DNA of 64,000 nucleotides from Haliotis rufescens (lineage: Eukaryota), in assembly GCF_023055435.1 (NCBI RefSeq), contig NW_025963813.1:30070001-30134000 (forward strand). Direction: 5' to 3'. The position numbers and the translations under genes were made by a program. This document shows, in pieces, positions 53,756-64,000 of the stretch; position 1 is the first letter of the stretch; every line of letters starts with the position of its first letter. Under the pieces are notes generated by a model. It was given only the letters and a program-made list of their open reading frames with translations, was not told the origin of the DNA and ran no database searches.

Positions 53756-56241
53756 GCCTAACAAGGTCATGTCTTGATTTTGTTGCTTCGACCGTTGAAC
53801 TGCGCACTTTGCTTAAAAAACTTATTGTGAATTGTTGGTGCTCCGGATCTGATAACCCAGTAAATAGTCTATATATGTTCCCGTGATCGTAAATATCATG
53901 AACTGTTTATTTGTTCCCCTATAAAAAATAATTAACCGGTTTCGGTGTAGCCGCGTTTATGAGTATAGTGATTCGAATGAGGGCAGCTATGGGTATAACT
54001 GTAATTCTATTAACGACAACCCAGCTACAAAGAGCTCAAACAACATGAATATTTTGTGTAGTTAATCGCATCTTTCCGGAATGACACGAATGGTCACGAA
54101 TGTCTTCTTTCTTTCCCCTATGAATTTGTCTCTCAATAGAGTGAGTGAGTGAGTATGGTCTTACGCCGCCTTTAGCAATATTCCAGCGATATCACGGCGG
54201 GGGACACCAGAAATGGGCTTCACACATTGTACCCATATGGGGAATCGAACCCGGGTCTTCGGCGTGACGAGTGAACGCTATAACCACAAGGCTACCCCAC
54301 CGCCCCGCCAGGAATGTTGTTAAACGCGGCGTAAATCCATACTCGCTTACTCTCTCATTTCTACTGGACACAATTGCCGGGGCTTCCGAAATTCTGAAAG
54401 AATATTTAAGACACCATTATGGAACAACAAAAGACTAACAGTTAGTGAATGGAAGAAAATATAGTTAACTTTTAATTTGCTAAATTGTCTTGTGATATAT
54501 AATAGAAAGGAGAGCAGAAAATGTCATCATTTTAGATAATAGAGAAGCCAACCTATTAAAACTATTATGGGATTGCTTGGGATATTTTTCCTTCAGAGTC
54601 TCAACTGTCTCGTAGATAGAAGACACTATATGCAACATTGCTAAGTCTGACAAACTGTGACATGACACCACTGAGTACACAGGGCCGTAAGATATATCTA
54701 CACCCTGTCATGAACTTAACTGGTGTATTTATTTGTAAGGGCCAGATCACGACTATCATATCTCTAAGTAAGCGAGTATATGCTGGTGGGAAATAATAAC
54801 GGAACACTTTGCAACAAAGAGGAACATGGTTTATTGCTGTGTTCAATTTGTACAACGTGACAGTGAAACCTCGATAATCCAAACGGTTTTTCCCCCCTAA
54901 AAAAAATCCGGATTAGCAAAGAATGGACATGATAAATGAACTTTTAGGACGGATGAAAATGTGATTATTTTAGGTTTGGTTTGGTTTGTTGTTTTACGCC
55001 GCTCTCAACAATATTCAAGCTATGTGACGGCGGTCTGTAAATAATCGAGTCTGGACCAGACAATCCAGTGATTGACATCATGAACATCGATCCACGCGAT
55101 TGGAATCGATGGCATGCATCAACCAAGTCAGCAAGCCTGACCACCCGATCCCGTTAGTCGCCTTTAACGACAAGCATGGTCGCCTTTTACGGCAAGCATG
55201 GGTTGCTGAAAACTTTAAGTTAAATACTTAAAATATTAAAATATTGTTTTGACTATCATCAGACATTTTCAAATAGCTGACAACTAGCCTTTTTGTCTCT
55301 ACCACTAATCTGACATGATTGCATACGTACATAGCGCTAAAAGGTGTAAAGAACGCCGATCAAGAGAAGGCCTTACAATGAACCCACAAATCTGTACTGT
55401 TTTCATCTACATCTCCTTAGAAAATCAGCTGGTGTCAAAGACTTTTCAAATATCAGAAAACACGCTTCCCCGAAAGCTCTAAAATTAATTTTATTGTTGT
55501 TATAACTTCAAAACATGCAAGTGTCAAAATGAACAGTGATAAATCCATTCATACCAACATATTGGATGACTTTAATAACTATTTCTTAACGTTTTGAATG
55601 TTTGTCAAATCATGCATATCCTGTATCTAAGTGTTTATGTTGTAGCAAATGTTATGTAGACAGCACAAATATATTGGAATGAAAAGCAATTTGGCACATT
55701 TTTGAACCATGTAAAAACTCCGTTTCAGGTTCCACTTGAAGTAGACTCTACCTTGAACCCCTCTTAACACTGCGTTCAACGTTGAACTTCGTCCTCTTTC
55801 CATGTAATGTCGTTCATCACTCCATGTAATCTCGCTTAACGAGTCATGATCTCTCCATGTAATCTGACCCGTGGAGATCCGGGGTAGAATAGGTCTTCAG
55901 CAACCCATGCTTGCCGTAAAAGGCGACTATGCTTGTCGTAAGAGGCGAGTAACTGGATCGGGTGGTAAGACTCGCTGACTTGATTGATGCATGTCATCGT
56001 ATCCCAATTGCATAGATCGATGATAGTCCAGACTCCATTATTTACAGACCGCCGTCATATAGCTGGAATATTGCTCAGTCCGGGGTTAAACAACAAACAA
56101 ACCAAACCCTGTAATGTTGTTCAACGTTCAACTAAATGTGGTCATAAAACTATATGCACAAGGTAAGTTTCGATTCGCTTATTTACTGCATGTATTGCTT
56201 CACAGCTGTGATGTCATTTAGTCATTTTGTCATCGGTATAT

Positions 56242-56410
56242 GGGGCGGTCGGGTAGCCTAGTGGTTAAAGCGTTCGCTCGTCACGCCGAAGACCCGGGTT
56301 CGAATCCCGACATGGGTACAATGTGTGAAGCCCATTTCTGGTGTCCCCCGTCATGATATTGCTGGAATATTGCTAGAAGCGGCGTAAAACCAACTCACTC
56401 ACGCACTCAC
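56242..56410 (+). mobile_element. SINE family B, full length, TSD TCATCGGTATAT
   Basis: A/B boxes, (CTCA)n tail, direct repeat at 56230-56241 and 56411-56422. Other copies near 34655, 36781, 47525, 47720, 54139, 61203, 63705. Confidence 0.92.
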
Positions 56411-56699
56411 TCATCGGTATATATTGAACAGTCGTATTTTTATATCGATTAACGGGGGGAAAGTGCTCCATTAACAATCCATGAGACGTTATAACCATAC
56501 CCTCCGGGTGGAACTTGATATTGGTTCAACGTTACACACCAATCCATCTACACTTGATATGAGTGCATCTGAGGTGAGTACTTTGCGTTTACATGGAACG
56601 TACATATTTATATCAGTTGATGGAGACCTAAACCATTCCTAAATAACATGGACACAATTACTATTTTGTATTGTAAAGATAAAACACGGCTGTTAAGAT

Positions 56700-56854
56700 G
56701 CACTAATAGAAGTATCTAAGGGAACTAACTCTTAAAAACTAAGGGAAGTAACTCTTCTATACTACCTACGGGTTTACGTCAGAATGGTTCGTTCACAAAA
56801 AGGCGACACACACACACACACACACACAGACACATACATACATACATACATACA

Positions 56855-56886
<32 letters not shown>

Positions 56887-57056
56887 GCGTAGAGAGATCT
56901 GTTTCCATCATAAACTCACCTGGTGTGAAGACAAAGGCATGTACCTTGCATAAAATTCCTATTAATCTTACGATTGTTTTCAATTACAAAAATGCACTTC
57001 TCATAAGAAGGTCTAGTGTTATGAACAATATTTACCTCACCCGGTGAGCTTTTACA
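56700..57056 (-). mobile_element. Probable Helentron-associated (HINE/DINE-1-like) non-autonomous element with (CA)n(CATA)n microsatellite
   Basis: AGCTCACC...GGTGAG end motif, internal GTAT/GT microsatellite, then GTGAACG and GAGTTACTTCCCTT motifs. Confidence 0.45.
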
Positions 57057-57425
57057 TAACTATAACGGAATTATGTATCGTTCAGTCTTTTCAAACCTGC
57101 TATCTGTTGTCAGTGGATCGATCACTCAAGATTACAACTACAATTAGCTCACTGAATATGCAATATAAAATCACAATCAATCAATTACAAATATTGGGTA
57201 CAATTCATGATGATGTGAATAAACATTTGGGTTCCTAAACTGTTGCAGGGTGTACATAAGACTACATATCCCTTTTTTTCTAATTGTGACAGGGAGCGAC
57301 TATATGGGAAGGGGAGTTAAATACGTTCAATACAATGTAAAAATATCACTAAGCGGCAGTCTAGTTTGGTATTATGTTTATAGTTTATATACATTTTCTA
57401 TAAATTAAAGCTTTAAAGTAAACTA

Positions 57426-57602
57426 CAGTAAACTGCGGTTATAACGAACTTAAAGGGACCACTAAATTTAGTTCGTAATAACCGTAGTGCGTTATAAGCA
57501 TATACATATACAGCATAATTACGGCAAATGGACGGGACAAAAAACTGTTCGTTATATCCGTCAGTTCGTTATAAGCGTGTTCGTTATAAACGTACTTTAC
57601 TG
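57426..57602. mobile_element. pogo/Tigger-like MITE
   Basis: TA|CAGTAAA...TTTACTG|TA; same family as 7533 and 62914. Confidence 0.85.
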
Positions 57603-58089
57603 TAACTTATTTTCCTTTCAAGTCTAGAATCCTTAAATGGGAAAGTCAATAAGCAGGAGTCAGTGAAAAAAGGACTAAAAAGAGAAAAAAAGATTGTCGT
57701 TCAAGCTTGCAAAGGTTGCAGCTTGTTTTGTTATGCAGTGGTATTGATGCTCAGTTCTTAGGGCTTGAAAGTATTTTACAACCATTCGTTGAAGAGATGA
57801 AATATATAGCAGAGAATGAGATTGCCGTTGTGCCTGGTTTGGAAGAGAATGTCAAACAATGACTTGTGTATGTTTGTGGAGACAATTGGTGAAGTCATTT
57901 CCCGGGAGGATGCACTCAGTGCTTTAACAGACATGCTACCAGAATCTGTACGTTTTGTTAAGCTACTGGAACAGATGCTTCTAAATGTGTTGAGACGTCA
58001 TCTTTACAAAGGAGAAATATTAAAAAATCATCGTCGCCATCTACAAATGATAGTCCTACAATGTCCTACAATGTCCTACAATTAATGCT

Positions 58090-58330
58090 GCGAAGTGAAA
58101 TTTTTCACTCTGGATTTTTTGAATAGCAGAATTAACAGTTTGTGTTATGGTGCTTTGGATGAAGCAGATTGGCCTCAAGAGATGCCCCAAAGTGTGGTCA
58201 TTAAAACCCACGCCCATGAAGTCTTCTTTGTCTATTGTCCACACTTATTGGGCATAGAGTTCCTGGAGATTACACGCCCTGCAAACCTTTGATGTCGTTG
58301 AAGGAAATATGTTCTCCACGAATGTGCGCG
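58090..58330 (+). pseudogene. Decayed EnSpm/CMC-like transposase fragment
   Basis: FFTLDFLNSRINSLCYG...D.P and (frameshifted) LIGHRVPGDYTP..LMSLKEI resemble animal EnSpm transposase motifs. TTTACAGTG (reverse complement of CACTGTAAA) ends at 59538. Confidence 0.55.
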
Positions 58331-58609
58331 TATGCCACATCCCTAAAATTAGTATTCCATGAACCATGTATTTTAAATTCTGGATACGTTGTTCATCTAA
58401 AAGTAGTAGAATGGATTTAGCTCGACAATCCCGATGAAGCTAGTTAGCTTGTGTTTGTGATCACTGCTGTTCGCATGTCTCTTCTACGTACACGTTCTAC
58501 AATTAGAATTTAGCTCTGTTATTGTCACGTGATTTATACAGAACTGACATGTCGTAGTATTTCTTTCTGTGTTATTATGCAACCATGTGTCGTCACAAAG
58601 CCAGATTCG

Positions 58610-59380
58610 TCAACGTTGAACCACAGGATAGGATACGCAGTAAACCTTGAACCACAGGATATAGGATACCCAGTTAACGTTAAACCACAGGATATAGGAT
58701 ACCAAGTCAAAATTGAACCACAGGATAGGATACCCAGTCAACGTTGAAGCACAGGATAGGATACCCACTCGGCAGTAAACGTTGAACCAGACGATAGGAT
58801 ACCCAGTAAACCTTGAACCACAGGATGGGATACCCAGTAAACCTTGAAGCACAGGAATAGGATACCCAGTAAAATTTGAACCACAGGATACAAGGATATC
58901 CAGTAAAAGTTGAACCACAGGATAAGATATCCAGTAATCGTTGAACCACGGGATACAAGGATACCGAGTTTGCTCGAATATTTGAACCACAGGGTATAAG
59001 GATACCCAGTAAACGTTGAAGCACAGGATAGGACACCCAGTAAACGAGGAACCACAGGATATAAGGATACCCAGAAAAACGTTCAACCACAGGATATAAG
59101 GATACCCAGTAAACGTTCAACCACAGGATATAAGGATACCCAGAAAACGTTCAACCACAGGATATAAGGATACCCAGTAAACGTTCAACCACAGGATATA
59201 AGGATACCCAGAAAACGTTCAACCACAGGATATAAGGATACCCAGTAAACGTTGAAGCACAGGATAGGACACTCAGTAAACGTTCAACCACAGGATATAA
59301 GGATACCCAGAAAACGTTCAACCACAGGATAAAAGGTTACCGATTAGGTTGAACCTTGAGCCAGAGTAAACGTTGAACTT
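58610..59380. repeat. 31-34-bp minisatellite (AACGTTCAACCACAGGATATAAGGATACCCAGTA)
   Basis: Directly visible tandem array; 34-bp period in the homogeneous right half. Confidence 0.93.
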
Positions 59381-59649
59381 ATTTTAAGGTGTAACTTTGT
59401 TGCATCCAATATTTGGCCCAAGGTCGAACCAAAATCAGGTCTAACACAAGTGTCACATTTATCATTAAAGTTGCTCAACATTGAACTTATTGTTAGTAGG
59501 AGTAACACCTTCAACGTTTACGTCTAGTATTTACAGTGGTATAGGTTTGCGAATATATGATGACAGAAAGACCAAAATCTCATTAATTATGCTTTCCTTT
59601 TTTGAAGTATTTTAAGTAGTCGCCCTTTTCTATTTATAGTATAAGGTTT

Positions 59650-59933
59650 GGGGGGCACATGGGTGGCCCAGTCGTCTAAGGCGCCGCGATTCGCTGTGCA
59701 GAGTTGCGTCCCTTGGGCACGCCAGAAACCTATGATTGTGGGTTCGAATCCCGGTTCGCCCCGATTATCTTTCTAGGTTTGTCAGCACCATACCCGTGCT
59801 CGTGGGTTTCACCGAAGTGGTAAACGTCTGAGACCTGCATCACTTCGGGCTTTCCTCCCACATTAAGCTGACACGCCGTGATATAACTGGAATACTGTTA
59901 AAAGCAGCGTTAAACCCAACTCACTCACTCACT
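59650..59933 (+). mobile_element. SINE family A, full length, TSD ATAAGGTTTGG
   Basis: Matches 641-920; direct repeat at 59641 and 59937. Confidence 0.92.
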
Positions 59934-61394
59934 GTGATAAGGTTTGGTACATGGTTCCTTCTTTCTGAATATACAAACAGAACCATCATCCTTGAACCAT
60001 TTACTGTAGTTCCTGGTATGTCTTCTTTCCAAGGACCCATCCTACAAAACAAGAGCCACGGCTATCGTAGCTCCCATACCTTAACATAGGCTTGCTTTTG
60101 TTTGTTTGTTGTTTAACGCTGCACTCAGCAATATTCCAGCTGTATGACGGATGTCTGTAAAAAAATCGAGTCTGAACCAGACAATCCAGTGGTTGATATC
60201 ATGAGCATCGATCCACGCAATTTCAATTCGATGACATGCATCAACCAAGTCAGCGAGCCTGCTCATGATAGCAATCACTGGATTTTCTGGTGCAGACTCA
60301 GTTATTTACAGGCCGGCGTCACAAAGTTGACATACTGCTGAATGTTGCGTTACGCAACAACCAAATAATCCGTGAGGTACTCCCTTAATGAGGTTGGTTT
60401 TAGATGTGAAAATTGATTGGACTGCAATTTTTATCGTCTTCATTCGAATCTGGCACACAACGAAGCGGTGGTGAATGGGAACAGAGCATTTATCCTGATC
60501 GATTGGAGATACTACCCTGGATAATCTCGGATGACACAGCCAGGGAACAGTATGTTTACACTCCCCCTTCTATATGTTTACAACGGTGTATATGGTCGGG
60601 CTGCATAATTCTCAATCGTCGCCATTGTTGGTTTGACCGTGACACAGTTTCCTGTTCTTCAGTGGCATAAGACACAATTGACTGAGTTTACCGTTACATA
60701 GCGCGACAGGTGCGCGAACCGACATGTTTTGAGGTACAGGGGCGTGAGAAGCCGACTACAGCAGTTCAAGGTACTGCAGTTCATTCGGGAAAATACAGGT
60801 ACGTTTATCCGACAATCTTTTTACAAAATGTAACATACATTCAGCAAGCTAGGCGAGTTTTATGAAATAGGAATTTTCCAATATTTGTAATGAAAGTATG
60901 AATTTGAGACATACGCAAGTGTTCTCTTTTGGCGTTTAAATTTCTGCATTTGATCTACAATTCATTATGTGTTCATTTGAAAGGGGTATCAACTACATGC
61001 TTAAGCCCAGTGTTGGGCGTGTAAGATCGACTACAGCAGGTGAAAATAAGGCAGTTTTACGAAATATTAAATCTTAATTGCTGATAATTTTGTCTTTCGT
61101 TATGTGTAAGAGTGTATGCACGTCGACATGTGTACCTGTGTCACACAGATGCCACATATTCCCGCGATATTTACGTCATGCTTGAAACACATGCTTCAGA
61201 TGGAGTGAGTGAGTGAGTGAGTATGGTTTTACGCCGCTTTTAGCAATATTCCAGCAATATCACGGCGGGGGACACCAGAAATGGGCTTCACACATTGTAC
61301 CCATGTCGGGAATCGAACCCGGGTCTTCGGCGTGACGAGCGAACGCTTTAACCACTAGGCTACCCGACCGCCCCTGCTTCAGATTGAAGGTACA

Positions 61395-61795
61395 TGTTAG
61401 TAGCAGTAGAAGTAGTGGTAGTGGCAGTAGTAGTAGTAGCAGTAGTAGCAGTAGTCGTAGTAGTAGTAGTAGTGGAGGTAGTAGCAGTAGCACCAGCAGT
61501 AGTAGTAGTAGCAGCAGTAGTAGTAGCTGCAGTAGCAGTAGTNNNNNNNNNNNNNNNNNNNNNNNNNNNNNNNNNNNNNNNNNNNNNNNNNNNNNNNNNN
61601 NNNNNNNNNNNNNNNNNNNNNNNNNNNNNNNNNNNNNNNNNNNNNNNNNNNNNNNNNNNNNNNNNNNNNNNNNNNNNNNNNNNNNNNNNNNNNNNNNNNN
61701 NNNNNNNNNNNNNNNNNNNNNNNNNNNNNNNNNNNNNNNNNNNNNNNNNNNNNNNNNNNNNNNNNNNNNNNNNNNNNNNNNNNNNNNNNNNNNNN
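61395..61795. other. (TAG/CAG)n microsatellite running into an assembly gap (N at 61543-61795)
   Basis: Directly visible. Confidence 0.97.
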
Positions 61796-62218
61796 AACAA
61801 TACATTATAGAGATCGTCACCAACTGAAGGTAGACCACCACACTGGGGACCATGGGGACTTACAGTACTTTTGCTACCCGCATGGACCCCAGCAGGATTT
61901 ACATCATCCCTTCAGTTGTTGGCCTAACACATTAAAATGACATATATTCTACGATTAAAAACGTGGTAGTTCGAAATTTACTTTGAAAGATATGAAGCTT
62001 ACGTAACCTCTCAGGGGGACAATAATTTTACAGTACCTTAACCCCTTCAAGGATACCGCCACCAACAATCTCAGCTGCTAATTTAAGCTACCAATGTTTA
62101 AACGACATATTTTTACAAAACAAAGTAATCAAATGTTTTGAAACAATTCAATTTCTGTTTTAAAAAAACAATAATTAAATGAGAATTGATACTACAAAAA
62201 AAATCCTTAATTATGGAA

Positions 62219-62317
62219 TACTGTAAGGGACATTTTCGCGATCTCGACCTTTGGAAACGAGCTAAATATGCCCAAAACACGAGTATGCGAGATCGCGAGA
62301 ATGCCCCTTACAGTATT
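62219..62317. repeat. Small fold-back element
   Basis: ATACTGTAAGGGACATTTTCGCGATCTCG mirrored by CGAGATCGCGAGAATGCCCCTTACAGTAT. Confidence 0.75.
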
Positions 62318-62396
62318 TTAATAGATGATGTTTTGAAATAGTTATCCCTTGTGATGGAAAAATCTATAGTCAAGAGGATGGTCCCACTGTAATCTC

Positions 62397-62680
62397 GGGG
62401 GCACGGGTGGCCAGTCGTCTAAGGCGCCGCGATTCGCTGTGCAGAGTTGCGTCCCTTCGGCACGCCTGAAACCTATGAGTATGGGTTCGAATCCCGGTTC
62501 GCCCCGATTATGTTTCTAGGTTTGTCAGCACCATACCCGTACTCGAGGGTTTCACCGAAGTGGTAAACGTCTGAGACCTGCATCACTTCGGGCTTTCCTC
62601 CCACATTAAGCTGACACGCCGTGATATAGCTGGAATACTGTTAAAAGCGGCATTAAATCAAACTCACTCACTCACTCACT
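62397..62680 (+). mobile_element. SINE family A immediately upstream of a splice acceptor
   Basis: Full head, body and (CTCA)n tail; imperfect TSD CACTGTAATCTC / CACTCTACTCTC. Confidence 0.9.
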
Positions 62681-62709
62681 CTACTCTCGCAATGTCTCCT
62701 TCAGTTACC

Positions 62710-62889
62710 ATGGGAACCAAGCAGATCAGCGGACGATGGGCCCTCATATTTGCTCTGGCGGCCGTCGTCGTCGTAGCAGTCATCACTGGGGTCGTGGTGT
62801 GGCACGTCGCGCGCACACAGCAAGAAGAAGGAACGCCACCCTCGTCACGTGACGTGTACAAGATTGGAGAAGCTGAGCTACTTCTTCAG
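62710..62889 (+). CDS. First coding exon of a second MYORG-like GH31 paralogue (remainder presumably beyond the window)
   Basis: MGTKQISGRWALIFALAAVVVVAVITGVVVWHVARTQQEEGTPPSSRDVYKIGEAELLLQ aligns with exon 48073-47894. Both are 60 codons, 5 nt after an acceptor, and end CAG|GTCGG. Confidence 0.85.
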
Positions 62890-62913
62890 GTCGGTTTCAT
62901 CACAGAGGAAATA

Positions 62914-63088
62914 CAGTAAACTACGGTTATAACGAACACGCTTATAACGAACTGACGGATATAACGAACTTACTTTTTGGTCCCGACTATTTGCTGTAGC
63001 TATGCTATATATATGCTTATAACGAACTACGGCTATAACGAACTAAAATTAGTAGTCCCATTGAGTTCGTTATAACCGTAGTTTACTG
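62914..63088. mobile_element. pogo/Tigger-like MITE, opposite orientation
   Basis: TA|CAGTAAACTACGGTTATAACGAAC...GTTCGTTATAACCGTAGTTTACTG|TA. Confidence 0.88.
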
Positions 63089-63235
63089 TAAGTGATCTAC
63101 GTTCGCTGTGAGGGATTGTAGCTGTTGGATGGGCGTCTACACCACGAGACCGAATTTGTCATGCCTTGTCTCATTAATAGCCACTGTCTATTCATAGCTT
63201 TCGGACAATTTATACTTATCAGAGAGGTACACAAA

Positions 63236-63493
63236 GCACGGCGGCCCAGTCGTCTGAGGCGCCGCGATTCGCTGTGCAGAGTTGCGTCCCTTGGGCACGC
63301 CAGAAACCTATGATTGTGGGTTCGAATCACGGTTCGCCCGGATTATGTTTCTAGGTTTGTCAGCACCATACCCGTGCTCGTGGGTTTCACCGAAGTTGCC
63401 TGAATCACTTCGTGCTTTCCTCCCACATAAAGCGATATAACTGGAATAGTGTTGAAAGCTGTTTTTACCCCAACTCACTCACTTACTCACTCA
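63236..63493 (+). mobile_element. SINE family A with small deletions
   Basis: Matches other family A copies. Confidence 0.88.
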
Positions 63494-64000
63494 CGAAGCA
63501 CCTGATCTAGTCTTAACAGATTTTGTGGAAGCCTCGGTGGCTGAGTGGGTAAGATCGCTGAGTTTGTGTGCCTTACTCTGAGAGTGTGGGTTTGAATCCC
63601 CGATGGGACTCAAGCCAAAAACGTACTTTACTAGGAAGGTGTTTTCCAAAATATAACACTTGTTTCTAAAAGGTATTGTATTCATAATACTCATTAGTTT
63701 GGGGGCCCGTGTTCGATTCCCCATGTGGGTACAGTGTCCGAAGCCCATTTCCGGAGTCCCCCGTCGTGATATTGCTGGAATATTGTATAAAGGCGGCGTA
63801 AAACTACATTCATTTGTTTGGTATAATCTCTAACCGCTTAAGACCTGCAAAAACAAAAATTAAAAAGAGCTAAAAGGGAAGACTATAACATATAATAGTT
63901 AAATAGACATACTGACACACAATTAAAACGCATAATCAAGTTTTAAAGCATTACGCGTGTTTCTGTGCTCAAGTCCATTCTGAAACACTTGGAATGAGAT

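Noticed and set aside
56242-56315. Functional tRNA genes at SINE heads (families A and B, 53075, 63530)
   Set aside because: No proper acceptor stem, and they continue into a shared body and tail, with TSDs in the full-length copies: SINEs.

Overview
Repeat-rich eukaryotic DNA, most likely a marine invertebrate (mollusc-like SINE/LINE/TE repertoire; inferred, not proven). Host genes: a spliced cytidine deaminase (CDA; +, four coding exons 34875-38617, first exon not located), a complete two-coding-exon MYORG-like GH31 glycosidase (-, 48073-45255), and the first coding exon of a divergently oriented paralogue (+, 62710-62889). The rest is largely mobile DNA. (1) A four-level nest: a tRNA-derived SINE split by a 12.2-kb TIR element with a 5-bp TSD, which holds a dead PIF/Harbinger element, which holds a second, inverted Harbinger with an intact-looking transposase. 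(2) A full-length Gypsy-like LTR element with identical LTRs, non-canonical CG...CG termini and a 3-bp TSD (Troyka-like). (3) Decayed Tc1, mariner, EnSpm-like, Gypsy, Penelope-like and RTE-X-like fragments, one with a 2A StopGo motif. (4) Several MITEs and minisatellites. (5) Three short retroposon families sharing a covarying 3' stem-loop; one of them has a non-tRNA 5' head that appears to fold into a covarying stem plus pseudoknot. All coordinates were read by eye; edges of degenerate repeats are approximate.
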